Assembly (NCBI GenBank): GCA_043810635.1
Contig: JBDRNY010000081.1
Location: 1 to 14,154 of the forward strand
Direction of reading: 5' to 3'
DNA: 14,154 nucleotides
From: Candidatus Micrarchaeota archaeon
GTDB lineage: Archaea > Micrarchaeota > Micrarchaeia > Anstonellales > Anstonellaceae
Shown here: positions 7,262 to 14,154 of the stretch, piece by piece
How positions within the stretch are numbered: the first letter of the stretch is position 1
Layout: every line of letters starts with the position of its first letter
Program-made: the position numbers and the translations under genes
Notes under the pieces: model-generated
Told to the model about the DNA's origin: nothing
The model's database searches: none
The model's input: the letters and a program-made list of their open reading frames with translations, nothing else

Positions 7262-7930
7262 TTATTGTACGAATTCCAATAATTCCTTTCCCTTAATTGC
7301 CAAATATCCATTCTTTTTAGCATATCCCTTCGCCCCTTCCCAAGAAAGCGCTTTTCCGTCATTTCCAAGCATTTCACAAATAACAACAGCCGCACTCATG
7401 CCAGCTTTTCTCGCAATTTCAATTGCAAATTCAGTATGCCCTTTCCTGTTTTCAATCCCCCGTGAAATTAGCAATGGCACATGCCCGGGTGCATAGAATT
7501 TTTTTACAAATTCATCCTGCAAATTATTTTCCTCCTCTTTATTTCCAGAAACAATTTCTGCAAACTCGCGTATAGTCATGCTCCTGTCATCATCTGAAAT
7601 TCCGGTATAGCATTTTCTTGAATTTATATATACTGAAAAAGAAGGCTCATCTCCATACGGAGTTTTGTCAATTGCAAGCTTTTGCAAGCCCGCCTCATTG
7701 CATTTTCTTACCATTTCCACATAAAAAGAAATTCTTAATTTTGAAGCAATTTCAGAAGAGGTTGCAATGCAAATCATTCCCCCGCCATCTTTCCTAAGCA
7801 TTCTTACCATTTGCGGAGTGCATTTTGATGCATGGATAAAAATATCTGCCTCTCCCTCCCTTTTCTCGTCATCAAATACAATAATAGGTTTTCCTGAAGA
7901 AAATGCGTCTAAAATTTGGTTTAATTCCAT
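7262..7930 (-). CDS. ribB: 3,4-dihydroxy-2-butanone-4-phosphate synthase, archaeal type
   Basis: FDDEKREGEAD, DGGGMIC, archaeal-type insert with TPYGDEPSFSVYIN, TGISDDDR, APGHVPLL, RKGHTE, ICEML. Start is ATG 7930 or GTG 7939. Confidence 0.95.
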   Translation of the reverse strand: MELNQILDAFSSGKPIIVFDDEKREGEADIFIHASKCTPQMVRMLRKDGGGMICIATSSEIASKLRISFYVEMVRKCNEAGLQKLAIDKTPYGDEPSFSVYINSRKCYTGISDDDRSMTIREFAEIVSGNKEEENNLQDEFVKKFYAPGHVPLLISRGIENRKGHTEFAIEIARKAGMSAAVVICEMLGNDGKALSWEGAKGYAKKNGYLAIKGKELLEFVQ

Positions 7931-7940
7931 ATTATACACA

Positions 7941-8699
7941 TCAGTTTAGTACAGATTGCCTTGTAAATTCTTTGTTCATAGCACTGGCAAACATTTCCCC
8001 AATGGCGGGGTTTTTTGCAATGTTTTTGAGTATCTGCAAGCACAATGCCATATCTTGCCTTTCCTCTTCTTCCTTTAGTTCAGAATATAAAAGGGGCAGC
8101 TGCACCCCAAAATAAAGGACCATTCTGGCAGACTCAATGCCTTCTGCCTGCCTTAGTACAGTGCAAACATTCTCTATTTCCTGCATTATCTGCCATATCT
8201 GCCCGTAAACATGAATGCTTGCGCTTGCATAATCCCTAATAAAGCCAATTTCTGCTTCTATCTTCGTTTTTGGCTCAGAATTCAATGCAACATTTGCCAT
8301 ATTCCCGTATTCTTCATTATATCTTGCACGGTATTCCCCGGTTTTTTCAACAGCTTTTTTCAGGTGCCAGAAGGCCTCCCTTCCCTTTCCTTCAAAATCC
8401 TTGATAAGCGCGCTTATGTAATATATATTTGCCTTGTCTGCAAGCGCGCCTATTTCATCATCTGAACGCCTGTCTCTTTCAAGTATGTCTTTGTAGCCTG
8501 ATAAAAGTATTCCTCTTTCATTATGCATTTCCTTCAGGTTATTCTCATCTTTTGCAACATCATTGCATGTATAGCTTGCAAAATGCACAAGATCTTTGTG
8601 GGCTTCCCTTATCCCTTGTGAGGTTGAAAGAACCAGCTTTGTCGCAGCCGCTGTCCTCTGCCTTTTCATCAGCATCTGTATTTTTGGGTCTGGTTTCAC
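7941..8699 (-). CDS. Hypothetical all-alpha protein (possible single TPR-like segment)
   Basis: 252-aa ORF filling the hisS-ribB gap. KANIYYISALIKDFEGKGREAFWHLKKAVE is TPR-like. Start uncertain (GTG 8699 or a downstream ATG). Confidence 0.75.
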   Translation of the reverse strand: MKPDPKIQMLMKRQRTAAATKLVLSTSQGIREAHKDLVHFASYTCNDVAKDENNLKEMHNERGILLSGYKDILERDRRSDDEIGALADKANIYYISALIKDFEGKGREAFWHLKKAVEKTGEYRARYNEEYGNMANVALNSEPKTKIEAEIGFIRDYASASIHVYGQIWQIMQEIENVCTVLRQAEGIESARMVLYFGVQLPLLYSELKEEEERQDMALCLQILKNIAKNPAIGEMFASAMNKEFTRQSVLN

Positions 8700-8704
8700 T
8701 TATT

Positions 8705-9964
8705 TCAACTCTTTTTTGCCTTAATTTGCTCAATTATTTTTTCCAAATCCATTTCTTTCTGCTCCCCTGTTTTCAAATTTTTCAAAGTATACTTTCCGCT
8801 TTCAATTTCTTTCTTTCCCAAAATAAGCGCAAACGAAATATTGCAGGCATTTGCATATTCCAATTGCCCCCTCATTTTCCTTTCATTTAAATCTGTTTCA
8901 GCATTAATTCCCCCCTCTCTTAATTTGGAGGCAATTTTAATTGCTTCAGAATAATATTTTTCTTCAATGCACACTATCATTACATCAGATTGCGCAAACC
9001 TTCTAATTTCCTCTTTTTTCAATGCAAACAATCTTTCAATTCCCAAAGAAATGCCTACTGCATAATCATTTTGCCCATATAATCCAAGAAGAGTGTCATA
9101 TCTTCCCCCTCCCGCAACCGAGCCTATTTCTTCAGATGCTTTTATTTCAAATATAGGGCCGGTATAATACCCCAAGCCCCTAACCATGCTCAAATCAATA
9201 AATACATTTGAAATTTCATACTCATCTTTGAGTATTTTTAGCAATTTTTCAAGCTCGGCTGCGCCTTCTGAAGAATATTCTTTTGCAATTTTCAGCATTT
9301 TTTCATTATCCCCGTATTTTTGCATCACACTGTCCATCAATTTTCCAATACTCTTTTTATCCACACCGCTTTTCTCCAATTCCTTTTTCACCCCTTCAAT
9401 TCCAATTTTATCTAATTTATCCAAAGCGCGCAATACTGCCCCCTCATTTTCCTCACATTGCAATTTCTCAATTATTCCATTCAAAATTTTCCTGTTATTT
9501 ACAAATATCTTAAATTCCCCAAATCCAATTTCCTGCAATGCTTCGCATGCCATTGCGAGCAATTCCCCCTCACACCTCATGGAAGTTGAGCCGATAATAT
9601 CTGCATCTGCCTGCAAAAATTCCCGCATTCTTCCTTTTTGCGGCTCTTCCCTTCTCCAAACAGGCGCAATGCAATACCTCTTATACGGCTTGGGCGTTGA
9701 TGTATTTGCAGCAAACCTTGCCAATCCCACAGTCAAGTCAAACCGAAGCGCCAACTCACTCTCTTCCACCCTGAATAGTTGCCCTGCAATTTCCTCCCCG
9801 GATTTTGCAGTAAGGGTAGTTATATTTTCAAGCGCGGGGTTTGAAAGCGGCTGATAGCCCCATTTTTTATACACCCTTCTGACACCATCCAGCATCTGCT
9901 CGCGCATCTGCATTTCGCTGCCGGAAAAATCCCGCATTCCCTTGGGCGTTGTGAATTTTGCCAT
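8705..9964 (-). CDS. hisS: Histidine--tRNA ligase
   Basis: PKGMRDF, LRFDLTV, WRREEPQKGRMREFLQADADIIG, RGLGYYTG, GGGRYD, C-terminal anticodon-binding domain. Confidence 0.98.
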   Translation of the reverse strand: MAKFTTPKGMRDFSGSEMQMREQMLDGVRRVYKKWGYQPLSNPALENITTLTAKSGEEIAGQLFRVEESELALRFDLTVGLARFAANTSTPKPYKRYCIAPVWRREEPQKGRMREFLQADADIIGSTSMRCEGELLAMACEALQEIGFGEFKIFVNNRKILNGIIEKLQCEENEGAVLRALDKLDKIGIEGVKKELEKSGVDKKSIGKLMDSVMQKYGDNEKMLKIAKEYSSEGAAELEKLLKILKDEYEISNVFIDLSMVRGLGYYTGPIFEIKASEEIGSVAGGGRYDTLLGLYGQNDYAVGISLGIERLFALKKEEIRRFAQSDVMIVCIEEKYYSEAIKIASKLREGGINAETDLNERKMRGQLEYANACNISFALILGKKEIESGKYTLKNLKTGEQKEMDLEKIIEQIKAKKS

Positions 9965-9986
9965 AAGTTAATTTCATTGAAAGGTG

Positions 9987-10000
9987 TTTAAATACTCTTC
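9987..10000 (-). promoter_or_regulatory. Archaeal BRE-TATA promoter for a probably leaderless hisS transcript
   Basis: Minus strand GAAGAG-TATTTAAA, with the TATA box 23-30 nt upstream of the hisS ATG and no SD motif. Confidence 0.6.
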
Positions 10001-10071
10001 TTGTTCTGGATTGTGCGTGGATGGCGGTACGAATGGAGGGAGAAATAAGGAGAGTGAAAAAATCGGATTGT

Positions 10072-10085
10072 AAAAAAAGTAAAAA
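10072..10085 (-). terminator. Oligo-U archaeal terminator after thioredoxin
   Basis: Minus strand TTTTTACTTTTTTT starts about 10 nt after the trx stop and is followed by further pyrimidine tracts. Confidence 0.5.
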
Positions 10086-10094
10086 TTGATTAAA

Positions 10095-10406
10095 TTATTT
10101 CTTATATCCTTCAATCCATTCTTTCATGCCCGCTTTTGTAGCCGCGCCCACCCTAATATCCAGCGCTTTTCCGTCTTTGAATAATGCCAGGGTGGGAATT
10201 GCGTTCACTCCGTATTGCGAAGCCAATTCATTATTTTCGTCTATATTTAATTTGCCTATTTTAACATCTTTTATTTCATTTGACAATTCCTCAATTGCAG
10301 GCATCATCATCATGCAGGGGCCGCACCAGGGCGCCCAAAAATCAACAAGAGCCAATTTTCCGGAAATATGCTCATTAAAATTATCCTTATTCAATTCAAT
10401 TGCCAT
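10095..10406 (-). CDS. trxA: Thioredoxin
   Basis: LVDFWAPWCGPC, cis-Pro motif AIPT, FKDG. Start is ATG 10406 after a GAGGTGA SD. Confidence 0.96.
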   Translation of the reverse strand: MAIELNKDNFNEHISGKLALVDFWAPWCGPCMMMMPAIEELSNEIKDVKIGKLNIDENNELASQYGVNAIPTLALFKDGKALDIRVGAATKAGMKEWIEGYKK

Positions 10407-10456
10407 CTTCTTCACCTCAATTAAATACAATTCACAAAAACAAATTAAAAAACTGC

Positions 10457-11386
10457 CTACACTCCAAAATACTGCCTAAACTTTCGAGTAGTATTCAGTT
10501 TGCTAGTCCTTCCAGAAGGATTTGACACTAAAAAGCCTTTTTCCACCAATTCCACAACATCAGTATAAATCATGCTTCCCAATCTTTTGAACAAATCCCT
10601 CTTTGTTATCCCGTCATTCTCGGAAATATAAGCCAGAGTGCGCAAAGCATGCCTGCTTATTTCAGATTCCCCTGCAAACTGGTTTACTGCGGGCGCATAA
10701 GAAGCGTTTACCCTCATCACCCATTTTCCCCCGTCTTCTTTTATTATTTCAAGCGGGGTTTCTTCTCCCTTGTATTTTTTTGTCAATTCCCTCATTAATT
10801 TATGCACTTCAGAAGGGTTATCCACCCTTATCAATTTTGCAAGGTCTGATGTTTTTACCCCCTGCCCCGACATAAAAAGCGCTGCTTCCAATATATGCTT
10901 TGTGTTTAATTCCCCAATATCTTTAACAGGCTGAATCTCTCTTTTTTCCTCAACTTCCTCTTCTTCAATTGCTTCCTCCGCGCCCGTATCCACCGGGCCA
11001 GTAGGCGCAACATTGTAATTTGTCGCAATTTCCTCTGTTATAAAATCAGGCGCACGGGTAATTTTATGAATTTCCTGCGCATGCAAAATATCTTCCATTT
11101 GAAGCATTGTGCCTTCTGCCTTCCCTTCTCCAACTTCTTCCCCAGCCGCCCCTTCTTCAGCATATGGGGAAGGCCTATGGGGCTTTTTCTCCTTTTTTTT
11201 CTTTTTAGAATAAGTTTTAGAAACAATTTCCTTTAACTCCTCAACATTAAATTCTTTTTCCTCCTTTCTCTCCTTCTTTTTTATAATTTCCCCTTTAGCG
11301 CTTGTTTTAATTACCCCGACAGGGTCTTTTGCCGCCTCTTCCTTTCCTTTCGGCTTTACATATACATGCACTTTTCCTTTAGCCAT
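10457..11386 (-). CDS. scpB: SMC-Scp complex subunit ScpB with ~160-aa low-complexity N-terminal extension
   Basis: C-terminal half: ILEAALF, ALRTLAYI, LVEKGFL, GRT...TTRKFRQYFG (tandem winged helices). Directly downstream of scpA. Confidence 0.88.
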   Translation of the reverse strand: MAKGKVHVYVKPKGKEEAAKDPVGVIKTSAKGEIIKKKERKEEKEFNVEELKEIVSKTYSKKKKKEKKPHRPSPYAEEGAAGEEVGEGKAEGTMLQMEDILHAQEIHKITRAPDFITEEIATNYNVAPTGPVDTGAEEAIEEEEVEEKREIQPVKDIGELNTKHILEAALFMSGQGVKTSDLAKLIRVDNPSEVHKLMRELTKKYKGEETPLEIIKEDGGKWVMRVNASYAPAVNQFAGESEISRHALRTLAYISENDGITKRDLFKRLGSMIYTDVVELVEKGFLVSNPSGRTSKLNTTRKFRQYFGV

Positions 11387-11467
11387 CTAATTCAACTTCC
11401 CCTCTTATTTCCCATACTTGTCCCCATCCTGCAATTCGCTTTTCCCCTCGCCATTTAATTCAACTTC
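11366..11467. repeat. Degenerate direct repeat (34 nt, period 68) duplicating the scpA-stop/scpB-start junction
   Basis: Minus strand GAAGTTGAATTAAATGGCGAGGGGAAAAGCGAAT (11467-11434) versus GAAGTTGAATTAGATGGCTAAAGGAAAAGTGCAT (11399-11366): 28 of 34 identical. Confidence 0.8.
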
Positions 11468-12249
11468 TCCTTTTTCTCCTTCTTTTCTTCTTTCCCGTTT
11501 AAGTTTATAAAAATCTCCCCAAAAAACGGGTCTTGCCTTAAATGCACTTTTCCTTCCTGAGCCAAAAAAAGCAATGGAATAAATGTATATATAATTTCCA
11601 CCCTATTCCTGTTATCCAATAGGTTTGAAAATGTCACCAACCCTTCCCTGTCCAATCTTGTTTTTATTTTCTCAAGCACAGAATTTATCCCGTGCTCTAT
11701 GTTAAATTCATTCATTTTTATTTCAAGCGGCGCAATTTCAGTTTTCATTGCAGCCCTTTTTTCCACTCTTTCCATATGCTTTTTCTGCTCTTCAAACACG
11801 TTTTCAACAGCATCCACCAATTCATCCAAAGTAACCCTTCTCTTCGGCGGAATTCTTGCCCTTAATTCCAATTGCGGTATCTCCCCTTCCCCAACCGAGT
11901 CAAAATCATCCAAAACCATTTGCGCCGGCTCATCCAAATTAATCATATCAGATTTAAACCTAAGAAGAATTGCGGCAGCCAAAATTAAGTTTGCAGGAAT
12001 TCTCAAATCATCCATCTGCATTTCTTTAATCCTTCCCAAATATTTACCTGCAACAACCACAACATCTATATCCCAGGGGTTGATTTCCCTTTTGGCAACC
12101 ATATCATACAATATCTCTCTCCAAGTATCCATTTGTATGATTTTCTCTAAATTATGCTCTTTTTTTTCATTTTCATCTCTGGGCATTTCTTCCATTAGCA
12201 ATTGCTCGCTTTCACTGATCGCCACTGCCCTATCCGACATACTCCCCAT
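11455..12249 (-). CDS. scpA: Segregation/condensation protein A (kleisin)
   Basis: INPWDIDVV, ANLILAAAILLRFKS, RRVTLDELV, TFIPLLFLAQEGKVHLRQDPFFGEIFI. Start is ATG 12249 or 12240. Confidence 0.93.
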   Translation of the reverse strand: MGSMSDRAVAISESEQLLMEEMPRDENEKKEHNLEKIIQMDTWREILYDMVAKREINPWDIDVVVVAGKYLGRIKEMQMDDLRIPANLILAAAILLRFKSDMINLDEPAQMVLDDFDSVGEGEIPQLELRARIPPKRRVTLDELVDAVENVFEEQKKHMERVEKRAAMKTEIAPLEIKMNEFNIEHGINSVLEKIKTRLDREGLVTFSNLLDNRNRVEIIYTFIPLLFLAQEGKVHLRQDPFFGEIFINLNGKEEKKEKKEKLN

Positions 12250-12318
12250 TAACTTCAATAATTAATATAAATACGAGGGAAAAAGTGGTTTAAAAAAATA
12301 AGATGTGGGATTATATGC

Positions 12319-12366
12319 CTTGTCGCACAACTCAACGGCGTGGAAACCTCTGTTTAGTGCAACAAG
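12319..12366. other. Intergenic inverted repeat / long imperfect hairpin
   Basis: CTTGTCGCAC (12319-12328) and GTGCAACAAG (12357-12366) form a 10-bp stem, fully paired with one G-U in minus-strand RNA. Inner ACTCAAC/GTTTAGT can extend it. Confidence 0.6.
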
Positions 12367-12396
12367 CTCTCTCTTGCCCCATTTGCCTGATTAATT

Positions 12397-13020
12397 TTAT
12401 GCTTTCACTACTTCCCCAATTGACTCTGGCAGCAAGAGTTCCCCAACATACTCGGCTGGAATAGGTCCGTCAAATTTTATAGCAACAGCCTTCTTGCTTG
12501 CAAGGTCTGCTAATATTGGTATCAGCGCCTCCTTTACATCAGCTTCACAAGTATCAGGGGTTGTATACTCTGGCAAAATGAACCAGCTGTTGTATTTGTT
12601 ACCCTGATAAACTGCTATTGCATTTGTATATAGCTCAACACCTGCATATCTCTCGTTGCTTATGTTAATTCTGAGATCAACCACTGGATCGTTGCCCTCG
12701 CTGCCCTTCGGTTGTTCGTAGGGGTAATAACGAATAATTAAATTTTGGTAAGAATCCTGAAGAAGGTTGGTATTGGAGGCTAGAATCATGTATATATTTC
12801 TCATGAGGAAATATAGCCCATCAGTTCTATCTAACAGAGATTTGGTTGAAAGTCGTTTGCTAATAAAACGCTTCAATGGAATAGTGTTTTCAGTAAGGTC
12901 TACAAGTTCTGTTCCTTCTGCTTTTTTATGCAACTTTATAGTCAGCCCCGGAATTATAATGCCTTGTTTCAGATGCTCCTTCGGTGTTTGAGATTTAAAA
13001 TTAGATAAAATTCCAGACAT
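12397..13020 (-). CDS. Orphan hypothetical protein
   Basis: ~207-aa ORF starting at ATG 13020 behind a GAGGTG SD. No motif recognised. Confidence 0.75.
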   Translation of the reverse strand: MSGILSNFKSQTPKEHLKQGIIIPGLTIKLHKKAEGTELVDLTENTIPLKRFISKRLSTKSLLDRTDGLYFLMRNIYMILASNTNLLQDSYQNLIIRYYPYEQPKGSEGNDPVVDLRINISNERYAGVELYTNAIAVYQGNKYNSWFILPEYTTPDTCEADVKEALIPILADLASKKAVAIKFDGPIPAEYVGELLLPESIGEVVKA

Positions 13021-13126
13021 AAATTCCACCTCTCACATTATTCTATAACCGATTAAACTTAAAATACGTCGCCTAACTGAAATATTATAAACTAGCAGCC
13101 GAACTTCTTTTTGAAGCGTTTTCAGC

Positions 13127-13384
13127 TCATTCAGGAGTTATCTTGAAAACCGCATTTCCCTCGTGCGCTGGCTGAACAAGCTTGAGGCCGATGGATTGCC
13201 CTGCTTCTGCCTTGCTAATGGATTTGTGCTCTATTTGCATAGATTCCACTTTCTGCTCAAAAGAACCCTCACTTCTCTTCACGAGGATTTTCTCGCCTAC
13301 AGAAAGCTCGCCATCCAGCTCAATTACTCCCACCCCGATTTTGGCAAAATAGTGGGTGACTTTTCCTATTGGCATTTCCCCCAT
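13127..13384 (-). CDS. Small beta-barrel protein (EF-Tu domain II-like / U32 peptidase C-terminal-like)
   Basis: IGKVTHYFAKIGVGVIEL...LSVGEKI...FEQKVESMQIEH...AEAGQSIGLK pattern; GAGGTGA SD. Confidence 0.82.
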   Translation of the reverse strand: MGEMPIGKVTHYFAKIGVGVIELDGELSVGEKILVKRSEGSFEQKVESMQIEHKSISKAEAGQSIGLKLVQPAHEGNAVFKITPE

Positions 13385-13441
13385 TTCTTCACCTCTATAT
13401 CCAATAAGAAAAGCAGATTATATTAGGGTTTTGGTTGTCTG

Positions 13442-14154
13442 TTATTCCAGCCCCACAACCCCGAATTTCCCGTCATACCCCGGCTCTATTTTCAATTTCT
13501 TTTCCCTCATAGCTTCTATTGCCTTCCCCGCCCTCTCCTCAATTTTTTTAATCTCGCCTACATCTGCCTCCAACAACACACTAAACTCGTTCCCGAATTT
13601 TTCAATCAATTTATAATAAATTATTCCAACACTTTTTGTATTAACTCCTGTGCCTATTGCCATTGCCACAAGCTCGCGCAATGGTACAATACTCTCATAC
13701 CCTGGTGCCCCCTTAGGCTTTTCCCCTTCCTTCCTGTCTGCCAATTCATCAACCCTTCCAATCACTCCTTTAGTAATATTTTTCTTGCATTTTGGGCACC
13801 TTCCATTATATTTTTTAGTTTCAGCAGGAGTGGTGCGCACCTCACACTGCCTGCATCCGTCAGAATAATATTTCCCTTCTTGCGGAAAAAATTCAATAGT
13901 TTTTTTTAACTTCCCCTCTTCTTTATGTGCAATTGCATCAAACAATTCATTATAATCCATTTTTTTCAAATCAACTACAGTTGCTTCCCTTCCCAATTTT
14001 TCAGGAGAGTGCGCATCTGAAAAAGAAACCAATTGCTTTTTATCCAGCCATGAGCATCTCCAATTCATTGCAGGATCCGAAGAGAGGCCTGTTTCAATTG
14101 CATAAATTTTATCCTCTTTATCTTCAAATGCCTCCTTCAAACTGTCAAACCCCC
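13442..14154 (-). CDS. Endonuclease Q-family PHP/Zn-finger protein, 5' part outside the window
   Basis: Frame is open to the window edge (GFDSLKEAF...). IETGLSSD, SFSDAHSPEKLGRE, GKYY, CRQC...CPKC, GVIGRVDELAD, FGNEFSVL, PGYDGKFG. Confidence 0.9.
   Translation of the reverse strand, partial: GFDSLKEAFEDKEDKIYAIETGLSSDPAMNWRCSWLDKKQLVSFSDAHSPEKLGREATVVDLKKMDYNELFDAIAHKEEGKLKKTIEFFPQEGKYYSDGCRQCEVRTTPAETKKYNGRCPKCKKNITKGVIGRVDELADRKEGEKPKGAPGYESIVPLRELVAMAIGTGVNTKSVGIIYYKLIEKFGNEFSVLLEADVGEIKKIEERAGKAIEAMREKKLKIEPGYDGKFGVVGLE

Noticed and set aside
7210..7395. 61-aa minus-strand ORF (also 220-420 and 11038-11226)
   Set aside because: Alternative frames overlapping real genes, with no motifs.
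7931..7940. FMN riboswitch upstream of the rib genes
   Set aside because: No spacer is long enough and no RFN consensus is visible anywhere in the cluster.
9976..9983. ATTGAAAG, resembling the end of an archaeal CRISPR repeat
   Set aside because: Single occurrence inside the hisS promoter region; no repeat-spacer periodicity and no cas genes.
10021..10089. 22-codon plus-strand ORF MAVRMEGEIRRVKKSDCKKSKN
   Set aside because: No clear SD; better explained as the complement of the pyrimidine-rich terminator region behind trxA.
12330..12358. Canonical integron attC site (ACTAAAC...GTTGAGT on the minus strand)
   Set aside because: The core sites are only about 15 nt apart, far shorter than known attC sites; there are no L boxes and no integrase in the window. 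Kept only as a generic hairpin finding.
127..13868. All plus-strand ORFs in the track (e.g. 127-756, 2750-3388, 9186-9854, 11699-12265)
   Set aside because: They are antisense shadows of recognisable minus-strand genes: Phe/Ser/Ile/Pro-rich, with no motifs.

Overview
AT-rich archaeal window in which every credible gene lies on the minus strand. Archaeal origin is supported by archaeal-type TrpRS, RibB and RibC, GGTGA/GGAG Shine-Dalgarno motifs and TATA boxes. A DPANN lineage such as Micrarchaeota is my inference only. In transcription order (right to left): EndoQ/PHP-family nuclease (5'-truncated), small EF-Tu-domain-II-like beta-barrel protein, orphan bracketed by two hairpins, scpA, scpB with a ~160-aa charged N-terminal extension, thioredoxin, hisS, helical orphan, then the riboflavin cluster ribB-[RHH antitoxin + RelE/HigB-like toxin]-ribC-ribH-ribA-ribD, a conserved hypothetical, a single-domain KaiC-like ATPase with degenerate catalytic residues, trpS with a 4-Cys Fe-S-type motif, and a large internally duplicated membrane protein that the ORF track missed because it runs off the left edge. 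Highlights: (1) a mosaic riboflavin cluster with bacterial-type RibA/RibD and archaeal-type RibB/RibC/RibH, split by a toxin-antitoxin module that has its own palindromic operator; (2) a probable KaiC-like pseudo-ATPase; (3) an atypical ScpB; (4) degenerate tandem duplications sitting exactly at two gene junctions. No tRNA, rRNA, CRISPR array or transposase was seen.
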